Below the pieces are notes generated by a model. It ran no database searches, was not told the DNA's origin, and worked only from the letters and a program-made list of their open reading frames with translations. A DNA stretch of 59,108 bases, filler included, from Sphacelaria rigidula (Eukaryota), in NCBI GenBank assembly GCA_964200075.2. It is 8 parts of 8 records of this genome, joined end to end, with 100 filler letters (N's around TTAATTAATTAA, not from the genome) between each part and the next. Parts side by side here need not be neighbours in the genome. Positions count along the whole stretch, not along the records: positions 44,407 to 51,707 come from CAXNAA020015549.1; positions 51,808 to 59,108 come from CAXNAA020015550.1; 6 more parts are not named here. One strand, given 5' to 3'. The translations under genes and the position numbers were made by a program. Positions 48,901-59,108 of this stretch are shown here, piece by piece (position 1 is the stretch's first letter; each line of letters opens with the position of its first letter).

Positions 48901-50781
48901 TTTATTAAGTCATCATGGCGACGTCGTGCGAGAAACAAGCCCCAACGTTGTCGTGTGGCGGTTATTCGCTGTGTGCAGGACTACTTCCTTTTGTCTCGCG
49001 GGTGTCCGAAATGTATCATCATCATCATCATGTTGCTTTTTTGTTGTAAATTCCCCTCGAGTCCAACCTTAACCCTGACTCATGCTGTCCATAGTTCCAC
49101 TCATTGGCCTACATCGTGACGCAAGCGCCAGACAGATCGCTCGAAACTGTATTTCAATTTGATTCTTGTAAATCCACACCTGTCGAAAGAACTCTTCTGT
49201 AACCAGGTCTGACCACTTTCGATGAATGCTCCACGGCTTGCACGGGTGTGACACGTCGGCGACCTGACCAGGAGCGGAGAAGGGCCCGACAACGATTCAT
49301 CATGTTCTCGAGAGTTCGACGGGTACGTGCAACACGTTCCATGGACATTTCCCACGTCTAGCTGCGAAGACAGTGCTCGAACCGAATTATGGTAGGGCGC
49401 CTTCCTTTCTAGCACATTTCCTGTGACGTAAGACGTAGCACCAAATAGCACGTTCATCTGCTGAGGTGGTGCTCGAAGGGCATGTGATGCAGCGAAGTCG
49501 TTCCTGTCATGGCTGATAAGCATCGGGTATATTAGGCCTGGGGCTTGATCGCACTAGTTGCTGGAGCGTTTCCATTTACTACATAAGCGAGGGGCAAACG
49601 GCGATGCGACACGGCAGCCACGCTCACCCAACATCTGATACGCGAAGCAGTATACGCCTGAACCAGCTCGCGGAATATTCTCAAAAACTGGTTTTGATTA
49701 CCGCCCCTAGGTTGAGTACTGGAAAAGTTTTGTTGGTTCCCGAAGCTGAGCGTTTCAGTTGCAGACCTCACTGTGTAGTTCAGTGACGCACCGCGGTTTA
49801 CAAATTCGAAGTGAACAGGCCAAGACTTGTAAAATCAGCCGGGAATAGAACTCTGACCTACAAAAGCGAGTCAGATTCATGGATCCGTGCCTGTACTGAT
49901 TCCTGCATTTTCATCAATTGACTCGAGATAATTGGAGGTTTTCAAGATCCGATCGGCTTGCTTGAAATTCCCCAAGATACGTTTCAACTTCATGACTTTA
50001 ATAGTGGAGCGAATGAGAAGTAGAAGAAATAGTATTGCTACTGGCTAGGCAGCAATGCTGGTCCCGCGTAGGTTGGAGTGCACTGTATTGCTTCTTAGAG
50101 TGTCACTCGTACACCCTTTGGCTGTTTCCGACCGCACGCCGAGCACCACGCACAACAAGTACATATTCTGACGCTGGGTGCTCCTCGTGTGATCTGCTTT
50201 TGGGGTTAGGGTTAGGGTTGGAAAGTCAGGGTTAGCGTGAGGGTTTCCGCTAGGGCTAGGGCTAGGGCCAGGGTTGGTTTCTTCATTACTCACCGCGCTT
50301 TCGAAGTTGCCAATGCAAGGTTTCACAGTGTTTGACGCACAGCGTTTACTTCAGTCAGGGATAACTACCCTGGCCGCCGTACCTTAAGGACCATCTGCAG
50401 CAGCAAGATCTGGTTCTGAAGGCTTTCGCTCATGCTACCTCCTTTGTCCTTCCCAGCAGCAGCATGCTTCAGTCCCCCACACCCACCGCCGCCATCCCCA
50501 CTACTACCCCCACCACCGCTACCGCTATTTCCACTTGTACTGCCGTTGCAACCCCCGCCGCTGCCGCCGACACCAACACCATTAACCCCCCCAGCAACCC
50601 CGCTCCCACCGTCACAGTTCCCACTATGCTTCCTTGTGCTCGTTTTACCACCCGCTCGAAATCTGCTCATAGTCAGCGGCTCAAACTTCGATATATACTC
50701 CAGAGAAAGCGTGAGGTCGGTGGCCAGTATACACTTGATGTAGGCGCTGCGGAAAACTTTGACATCGTCGGCTTTCCATCC
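45980..50781 (-). CDS. Class I 3',5'-cyclic nucleotide phosphodiesterase (PDEase_I), 5'-partial; exons 50781-50383, 49263-49180, 46496-46359, 46102-45980
   Basis: Phase-0 AG/GT joins give FRSAYIKCILATDL...LLLQMVLK|VADVSHPCKPWSIHRKWSDLVTEEFFRQ|GDKELAQGFPVSPLCDR...LPKSQCDFINFIVRP...|...NFKAWK...stop. These are the hallmark ATD, AD.S.P, EFF.QGD.E and invariant Gln motifs. The HD-containing exons are not in this contig. Confidence 0.93.
46520..47165 (+). mobile_element. LINE 3' remnant in a PDE intron (antisense to the gene)
   Basis: Pyrimidine-rich UTR ending in GTATGACCACG...CTCATGTGCAATAATT...CAATCAATC; a related tail lies at ~1430-1515 (-). Confidence 0.5.
50201..50275 (+). repeat. Interstitial telomere-like (TTAGGG/CTAGGG) tract in a PDE intron
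   Basis: GGGTTAGGGTTAGGGTT...GCTAGGGCTAGGGCTAGGG. A similar tract occurs at 21183-21206. Confidence 0.7.
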
Positions 50782-51375
50782 CTGACAAATGACAATGGAG
50801 AAACGATAAAAAACGACGGGCGGACTTGAGTGATCTTTTCCGCGATGTGCATTTACATCTATGCGGAGGTGTATTTCCCGTTCCTTCTTTTCACTTTGGG
50901 TTTCGCAGGATTTTTCGGGTTTTTTTTCCCTTTCCCGACATCCCGTGAGCGAATATTTCCGTCTTGTTTCCCTCGACTATACTCGTATATTTGTCTTGTG
51001 ACTACGACTAGCTTCGCCGGGGGTCGGTATTGTACCGCAACCCATCAATGCATGTATCGATGTGTTGGGCAAGCTGAGCGTCTATTATCAAACTTTTAGG
51101 AGATTGAAATCGTACCGCTCTTATTACACCTTCTACCACCACACATTCGGAATCTTCTATTTACCATGCTTAATGATGAATATCGCACTCAATTCATGCA
51201 GCTCCACCTATGATATACACCTCCTTCTCGACCCCTAAAAACGCTACTGCAGTACGTTGATTGTCCGTGGGGTACATTGGAGGCTGTTTGAGTTATGGGT
51301 ATGAATGGTATGCTCCTTGCACTCTGTGAACACGGGTTCGAGAGATGGGCTAATGTGACGGAAAAAATAACAAAA

Positions 51376-51707
<332 letters not shown>

Positions 51708-51933
51708 NNNNNNNNNNNNNNNNNNNNNNNNNNNNNNNNNNNNNNNNNNNNTTAATTAATTAANNNNNNNNNNNNNNNNNNNNNNNNNNNNNNNNNNNNN
51801 NNNNNNNGAGCTAGCGAGACATCGTAACTTGCATGACCGAAATGCTATTGTTGCTTCGCTCTAGTACTCGGCTCGGACAGTAGAGATATGCATATTGACA
51901 ACAACTATGGCCAACACTATTCTGTTTGTAACA

Positions 51934-51951
51934 TGGCGCTTCTACAAACGG
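51934..51951 (+). promoter_or_regulatory. Primer binding site (PBS) of the LTR element
   Basis: TGGCGCTTCTACAAACGG directly follows the LTR end ...GTAACA, and TGG is complementary to tRNA CCA. TGGCGCT resembles Asn-type PBSs, but tRNA identity is not established. Confidence 0.75.
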
Positions 51952-54900
51952 GACTATTAGGTCGTATCATATCATCTGCGGTAGTCACACCTTCGGGTAG
52001 GTACCACGATGCAGGACGAGATTCGTAACAGCGGCTGAGAGATTCGACCCTTCATATGAAAATAGTAATTACAACCTCGTTTGCATCACCACGCTAGATT
52101 TGTTTAACAAGGACATAACTTGACAGAAAAATAACCAGTTATCATGATGTTCGCTGGAAACGGCGCACTCACGTTTTGCGTCAGTGCAGGGGTGATCAAA
52201 CTACGGGACAGCTATAGTGGTTCCCACCACACTTGGATAGGGTACAGGGATGCCGTTACAATGCTGCCCGCTTGATTTGGAGCTTGGTGTGCACTGTTAA
52301 AAACCGGAGATATTCTACGCCTAAACTTTATGAATCAAACTTCTTATGTACTGCCTGTTGCCGTTGAACTGGGGGTGTAAAAGCAGGTCATCTACTGTGT
52401 GCACCTCATCACCTGAAATAGCGTTGTCACATTGTTTGCGCAGTGCATAAACCAAGCTGATACCCATCTTTCTGCAACCTACATTATATCATCAATCATT
52501 CTCCGGCTGATCAACTGATACTGGTATGCATGAGACCATAAACTGACTGAGTGTGATGTTTGGGGTGCATGTTGCATGACAGCGGTGCCATATATATATA
52601 TATATATGCATTCAACAAAATAGCGGGTATTTGCAGTGTAATTTCCCGCCCCAAGTAGCCACCTGCATCAGTCGCCAAGCGTTGTTTCAAGCATTATCGA
52701 TCTGCTGCTATCCAACCTTGCTTTTGCCTTGACACGTTGCAATCGAGAGGCAGACCACCAAACAGATAGTGAGTGAAGCGCACGAAGGCATACACGGGGA
52801 AACATTATGTTACATGAAGCTAGGGGGGGGTATCACCTGCGACCACGTACAAGACCATGCTATGCTTGCTTTACACACCGTGGCAGGTCAAATATTTCGC
52901 ACACAGCAATGAAAACGTTTAAGCGGTGTGATGTCCCTTACGTCTTGAAATAAAAACTTGCCCTCACGGGTGAGTGCACAGGATCGAAATGTGAAAGCCG
53001 ATCGTGCAAGGAAGTGTGAGATGAGACAACTTGGTGCTTGCTTTATACACCACATCACGGTTGACGCTAAGATGAAATGGTTCTCTACACCGCTTTACTG
53101 TATTCCTGGATGCCATAGCTGCTGTACGCCCGAGTTCTGCTGTGTAACGCAGCTGCTCAGTTTTAATGTAGGTTATGATTTCGCCGTGTGATGAGACAAC
53201 GCCATGCTTGCTTCATAGCCATGACAGGTCAAATATTGTCGTGTAGACCTTATTGAGTAGAGCACGTGGATGCTAGGGTTGCATGACTCTTCACACTGCT
53301 TTGCTTAATCTTTCCATGCAACAGCTGCTGTGTGTTTTCTGCTGTGTGATGCAGCTGAGAGAAGCAACACAACACTATGCCGTCTTCACCCATCAAGCTT
53401 GTTGTGCTTACTGTATTTACCACACGGGAGGAACAAAGGGGCTTTTGAGATCTTTAGGGTACTGGGTTGTACTCCACTATTGTTCGATTTGCACACACGA
53501 TGCGGGCAGACCCCTGTCAATTGTCCAGCACTTGCATGTGGGCAAACTGATCATGTGCGTAGTACCACACTGGGTTGACACACGATAATTAAGTGACTGA
53601 GCTGTGTTGAACCGTACTGCGGTTGGGTACCGCTGCATTCGATTAGCTTTACGACACGAGTAGTGTATCGAGGCTGGCAGTCAGGTCTTGGTGTTCCGGC
53701 TCGTTCACCAACGCTAGCCACGCCTGAAATTGCTGTTACCTCAAAACCTGACATGCTGACCGTTATGCAGCTTCATAACACCGCCACGAACCGTTATCCG
53801 TCATGCTCCCGCAGCTTCACAATGCTGCCGCGTGTTGGGTGAAAATGATGTTGAGAAGGATGGCGGTTAAGTGGACGATACGCAGTGGTGTGGAATGTTT
53901 GTGTCTATAACTCCGAAAACGCATCGCGACCTGTCTGTAGTGAATCTCCATCGAATCACAAATTACGCATGCTACTAGACTAGGCGGTCAATTTGTTGTG
54001 AACGGAAATTGCGAGGTTTGAATGAACGATCCATGATGCATTTACACTACCCCCTGGTCAGGGGGGGCAGGTCATTGATAGTCGAAATGCTTTATTGTCA
54101 TGGAAACTGGATGTAACCTCTACGTGGTCCCCCTGATTGATCGTTTGCGCCCTTGGTAGATATCTTCAAAGAGTACAAACGAGCCATGCATGTGTAAAAT
54201 AAATGAAGATGTAAAGTTGTTTCGATTCTAAGAGATCAAATCCAACCATGTACTTCTAGCTTACCATTCGACTGTGAATACGTGGATGCTTTTTCCAGGT
54301 GCACTGCTGAATATACCATTATTTGACTAATATTACCCGCAGCGGTGGATCACAGGACTGCATGAAGCCTGCACCAGTTGCTCGTCAACAATTATTGTTG
54401 GTGCCCGCCTGCCAATTTCTAGGTAGCTACTCATGAGTGTGATAATCAACCCAGATCCACAACGATTGAGCGACTATGAGTGAAGCTGTATGCTAATGTG
54501 CTTGCATGAGACCACCAGACGGATGCTCCGTCAGTTCCCGTTGACTGTCTATACTCGTGCACGCTCCGACCATCAATTGGAAGATGACCGTCTACTTGTG
54601 CACGCTCTGACAAACCCTTCGAAGATGACCGTCTACCTGTGCGCGCTATGACCGTCCCGGGGCAGGGCTACATTCTTCTGGCCTTGAGAGTCCAGGGGTT
54701 CCACACACACCACATTTATTTGCCGACGTTTATACCGGAAATAATCTGATGAGAGTTGTTGGCTTGTAATGAACGACTCGTGTGTTTATCGCGGAGACTA
54801 TGCAAGTTGATGACATACAAGCCGGACATCGAATCGATGAACAAGAAAGTTGTATGAACTATATATATGAACATATATTCGTGCACCATACAGCGAACAA

Positions 54901-54958
54901 GCAGGGTTTGATTGCATACAGGAAAATGGGCGAGGACGAAGGATCAAAATGTCAAGAC

Positions 54959-55350
54959 CATGCTTGTTCGAACAGGTTGACAGGGGGCCAGGAGTTTCCC
55001 ATGCGTGTTCGAACAGGTTGACAGGGATCCAGGATTTCCCATGTGTTTTCGAACAGGTTGACAGGGGGCCAGGATTTTCTCATGAGTGTCGAACAGGTTG
55101 ACAAGGATCCAGGATTTCCCATGTGTTTTCGAACAGGTTGACAGGGGACCAGGAGTTTCCCATGCGCGTTCGAACAGGTTGACAGGGGGCCAGGAGTTTC
55201 CCATGCGTGTTTCAACAGGTCGACGGGGGCCAAGGATTTCCCATGTGTGCCCGAACAGGTCGGCAGGTATCCAGGAATACCCATGCTGCCCGAATAGGTT
55301 GACAGGGACCAAGGATTTTCTCATGTGTGTTCAAACAGGTTGGCATGGAG
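54959..55350 (+). repeat. Tandem array of ~10 x 39-41-bp units inside the LTR element
   Basis: Consensus CATGYGTGTTCGAACAGGTTGACAGGGRKCCAGGAKTTYC, head-to-tail, no spacers. Confidence 0.95.
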
Positions 55351-55571
55351 CAACATTTCCCTGTCCAAATGCACACGCGTGAACCTGTTTTGTCAGGGTA
55401 TATTGCTGCTCCCTTCGTTCTCCTTCCCCTTTATTTTCTTGTTCGCTATCGTTATACTGGTGAAGCGTGAACGCCATTTTAGCCGAAGCGAGTAGGAACG
55501 ATGCACAGCAGCTGTGGGTACAAGCTGAAGTCTGGCACCACAGCAAGAGTAGCCACCGCTCACCAGTAACG

Positions 55572-55875
55572 GTGTTACTGGGCACCGGGTCAGGGGGGGG
55601 AGCTATGCATCGAAACTGGTGAAAGTTGTTGGTAACATGGAGTGATATAGCAAATAAGTTGCAACGACAGGGAGCAGGAATTTTGAGGTCCGCTAACCCT
55701 AGTAACAGTAAGATACCTCAGATGAAAACTGTAGGGTCAGCGGTAATTCCTATTATTTTTCGCACAAAGGATGAGTTAATAAAGGTATGAGTCCGGGTGG
55801 TCCATGGATTACCATATGGATTTATTCCGGCAGCGAGTTTCTTCAGAAAAAACAAGAGCACGTTATCTTTCGAAG
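55572..55875 (+). pseudogene. Decayed retroviral-type aspartic protease remnant
   Basis: VLLGTGSG (LLDTGS with D>G), followed after a frameshift by LRSANP...MKTVGSAVIPIIF...V*VRVVHGLPYGFIPAASFFRKNKSTLSF (cf. AN..G...VV..L...ILG.DFL). Confidence 0.6.
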
Positions 55876-56466
55876 CGCAATCGAGATTTCGGCCTTCGCC
55901 GGAGGCGCGGTGAGTCCGGTTCGTGTCTAACAGTCCCCCAAAACTCGGAGCTGTTGACACCGACCACCTCACCAGCCAAGGAGATTCGGCAACTTTGAAC
56001 CTCTTCCGTGCTGTCAAGCCAAGCGCGCTTGGTGACGACTCGACAGTAAGGCTATCTGGTCGGAGCGAACTGGCAGCATCGAATGAAGTGCGGAAAAGCC
56101 TTGGAGTGGCGTGGGAGGACGATGCTACGCTGCAGTGGCTGCTGCATCCAACGGAAGACAGTGGTCAACAAGATCAAGGACTTCTCCGGAGTGGATGGGA
56201 TCATTTTTGTACGGTGTTTAAATTCCCTACGTGGTCTAACACGGCAGAGCGGTCAACAAGATCAAGGACCCCCCCCCAGGCGGGATAGAATCCTTCCTGC
56301 GCGGTGTTGAAATGCCCTACGCGGTCTAACCCAGCAAAGCGGTTATCAAGATCGACGGCTACACCAAGACGCCGAGTACTCGGGAAGAGGGACATGGTAA
56401 CACGGCGATCTACCATGTGAACCACGTTCAGTCCCAGAGTTTTTCAATCCTAGGACTGACGGGGGG

Positions 56467-57132
56467 TGTTACGGATCGCAGCGTGGCGTGGTGGATAAGG
56501 GTAGTACTAGTACGATGATGGGTCGTCGGTTTCAAAACGACACTACGCCCGGAGGGCTGATTGCGGGAACTGGCTAGTACCGCAATCAGGGGTGAAGGTG
56601 ATGTAATCCGTCAAGAGACGGAATACATAAACATGTCTCTTTACACCTGGTCGGATTCGGTTATTTCCAAGGATCGATTAGCTGTCACCCTGGTGTTTCA
56701 CTTCTTCTTTTGAAGTGCGACTTCTCTGAAGTGCCATGTCAACACCACCAAGAGAAAAAGAGAAATTGAATCGGCCTGAAGCTGTGATCGAGGATATCCT
56801 GACGCTCGTCGTGTATCGTTCTGCGTTGGACTTTCCCACGTGCTGTGAGCTTACGATTGTTTCAGGAATGACGGTGAGACTATAAGATGTTTGATTAAAG
56901 CAGTGAGCAGATGCATGAAGGTCGACAAAAATAGTAAAAACGAGCTGTGTGCCAAATGGAATGGTGGAATATGTATGCATTTAGTAAGAGTGAGTCGTAA
57001 TCGCATGAGCTAGCGAGACATCGTAACTTGCATGACCGAAATGCTATTGTTGCTTCGCTCTAGTACTCGGCTCGGACAGTAGAGATATGCATATTGACAA
57101 CAACTATGGCCAACACTATTCTGTTTGTAACA
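56467..57132 (+). repeat. 3' LTR, 666 bp
   Basis: TG...CA ends with a 6-bp inverted terminal repeat, preceded by GGGGGG. The last 126 bp are duplicated at 51808-51933. Confidence 0.88.
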
Positions 57133-59108
57133 TTCAGTGGTACTACCTGCTCACTGCACAGCGACAGGGTGCAGGGTGACAAAGCACACCACAGAACACC
57201 ACATCCTCAGCCTACCCCTGTGCTGCATTGATTCCGCGCTGTCTTATGTAGTTCGCCACATCATGCACGCAACCGCTTGTATCTGCGGTCAACGTGCACG
57301 CGGGATATCATGCTGTGAAGCCCTTCGTGTCGTAGCTACAGCGTGCGTTTGCTCCAGGTTGCGCACGCAGGAGTGAAAGACCGCCTCTGCTGCTGTCATG
57401 GCTGCCTGTATCTTGGGCGAAGCTGTATGGTAACACAGCAGCTATGGCGCGAAAGCCGCCGGTAGCATTTGATACCCTGCAGATTTTCACACACTGTTGT
57501 TGTCTCGAAGTGTACCGTTCCAGTTACCGTCTTGAGGTACGAGTATTACACAAATTATAGTCGGCAATATATTTTATACTGTGTGCAGTACACTTCTAAC
57601 ACCGTGTTCGTACTGGCTTTAGAATCTTATTCCAGAGTCTGGGACATTTCAACATGATGCAGGATCTGATACATTTTCACATATAATCTGGCGCGGTGAG
57701 ATGGTGGGAAAATCCACTACATCTGGTCGAACTGTGGGTGGGGCAATCGCCAAAATGTTCATCTGTGAACTCTGCAACAGTGCACTGTAAGTTGATATCG
57801 ATAGAAGGACATCATCATAACGGTAACACAGCACGCGAACACACCAGCGACTTCAAGGAGGGCGGCAGTCACGCGGAAGGGGGTATGGGTATTGTCGCAG
57901 GTCGAAACGCGGATCGCGTTCCGCACGAGAAGAAGAAGCAACAGCAGCAGTATCAGCAGCATCTTTACTGCCAATAGATGTACGCGGCTGGGGGTGGGTC
58001 TAAATCATCCGGTGCCGATACTGCTGCTCCTGCTGCTCCTGCCGTTTTTCCTCATGAGGAAAACGGTCCGCGTTTCAATCGTGCTACAACGCCCACGCAC
58101 CTTACGCACGGGACCGCCTTTCATCCAATACTGGACGGATTTTCGTCAAACAAAAGCTGTCTTGTGTGGATGATGAGCTAGTGCTTGAACAATGCGCGTG
58201 AGTGGTGGGTGTCTGTATGTCGCAGAAATCCAACGCGTCACAGAAATCCAATGCCGAATCTGGAATAGCCTGAGACAACAACCAATTTGAAAATGGAAAT
58301 GACCGATGCTGCGTCGTTTTTTTCATCTGGGGCCCACGCAGCAGATTTGAACGACGCGACAGTAAAACAGCTCACACGCAGAAATGGGTGGAAGGACTAT
58401 TATATGGGACATCGAGGCAGACAGCTCCTGTCATCAAACGCTTGGGATAGAGCAGCTCCGTGCTGGCTCAATTTGTTCGCCCCAACGTGCACGCGTCCGC
58501 CTTGCGTGTCTGCTCCGATCCCAGCACCCGACTATACCTTAAGTACGGACGGAGACACAACAGACACCTGCACAGCCGTCACGTGATCCTTTCATCATTT
58601 CCCCTTTGTGTACGGGCAGTAGCTAGTGTAGAGCACTTTGATCTCACCCCACTTCTGTGCTTCCCGGAACACCGTATGCAGCGCTACAACTGTTCAGGCA
58701 CTCTCCAGCGCACCTCACACCATGTTCGTCGTAGAGTGTTCAAATGCACAACAGCACAGCGTCAACTACAGCATAGAAATGATGGGTGTGGAAAGCGCCT
58801 TGCTCGTTTGACTACATATTCTGAAAACAATATTGCTGTGTTGTCGTAGTGGTACAGCAGCAGCAGCTGGACACTTTAAATTTTGCAAAAGAGAAGCTGA
58901 TGCATACTGCATACAGTCCGTCTTCAGGTTTTGAAACTAAAGAACACTGCAAAACTGCTGTGTTGTCTTGTGTTCAGTGTAGTACTCTGTACTCCATATA
59001 CCACTGCAGAATTGTGTTGTGTTCGGTATAGTAGCCTGTACTCCATATAACAGCCGTTTTTAAATTTTGGGGTTCATACAAAATATGGGGTTGAAGTGGC
59101 ATTTCTCT

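Larger units (their letters stand above)
51808..57132 (+). mobile_element. Non-autonomous Ty3/gypsy-derived LTR retrotransposon (5' LTR truncated by the contig start)
   Basis: The 5' LTR end 51808-51933 is identical to 57007-57132. The PBS follows immediately, a G-tract at 56461-56466 precedes the 3' LTR, and the 3' LTR 56467-57132 has TGTTAC...GTAACA termini. The 4.5-kb interior has no long ORF. Confidence 0.88.

Noticed and set aside
22742-50781. Co-oriented cluster of CLN5-like, DMC1 and PDE genes
   Set aside because: The three genes are on different contigs joined by artificial linkers.
54746-54785. Hammerhead-ribozyme-like CTGATGA followed by an 8-bp stem (retrozyme idea)
   Set aside because: The stem is followed by GTGT rather than the required GAAA, and stems I and III could not be built.
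54959-55350. CRISPR-like array
   Set aside because: Units are head-to-tail with no unique spacers, there are no cas genes, and the array lies inside a eukaryotic LTR element. Its repetitive ORFs are shadows.
57133-59108. Upstream (HD-motif) exons of the PDE
   Set aside because: No HNxxH or HDxxHPG coding was found, and this is a separate contig.

Overview
Eukaryotic, intron-rich, repeat-dense DNA, most likely from a brown alga (Phaeophyceae; inferred from exon/intron style, TTAGGG-bearing MITEs and LINE tails, not proven). The window is not one locus. It is eight pieces of exactly 7,301 bp joined by seven 100-bp N/TTAATTAATTAA/N linkers (8x7301+7x100=59,108), so adjacency across linkers carries no meaning. 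Manual splicing recovers three partial minus-strand genes. (1) A CLN5-family protein (6 exons, 790 aa visible) with a C-terminal transmembrane helix, a long cytosolic tail with YxxL and DxxLL motifs and a ~230-aa low-complexity insertion; this is the most novel-looking item. (2) The meiotic recombinase DMC1 (7 exons, GC-AG first intron, 3' end cut by the contig end). (3) The 3' half of a class I cyclic-nucleotide phosphodiesterase (4 exons). The rest is transposon-derived. It includes a young non-autonomous Ty3/gypsy-type LTR element (identical LTR ends, PBS, ~40-bp tandem array, decayed protease), LINE remnants, and piggyBac-, Harbinger-, mariner- and hAT-type MITEs, among them a self-nested MITE and a telomere-repeat MITE pair around the DMC1 5' end. 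No complete RNA gene or CRISPR array was found. Family assignments come from remembered motifs and have not been checked against a database.
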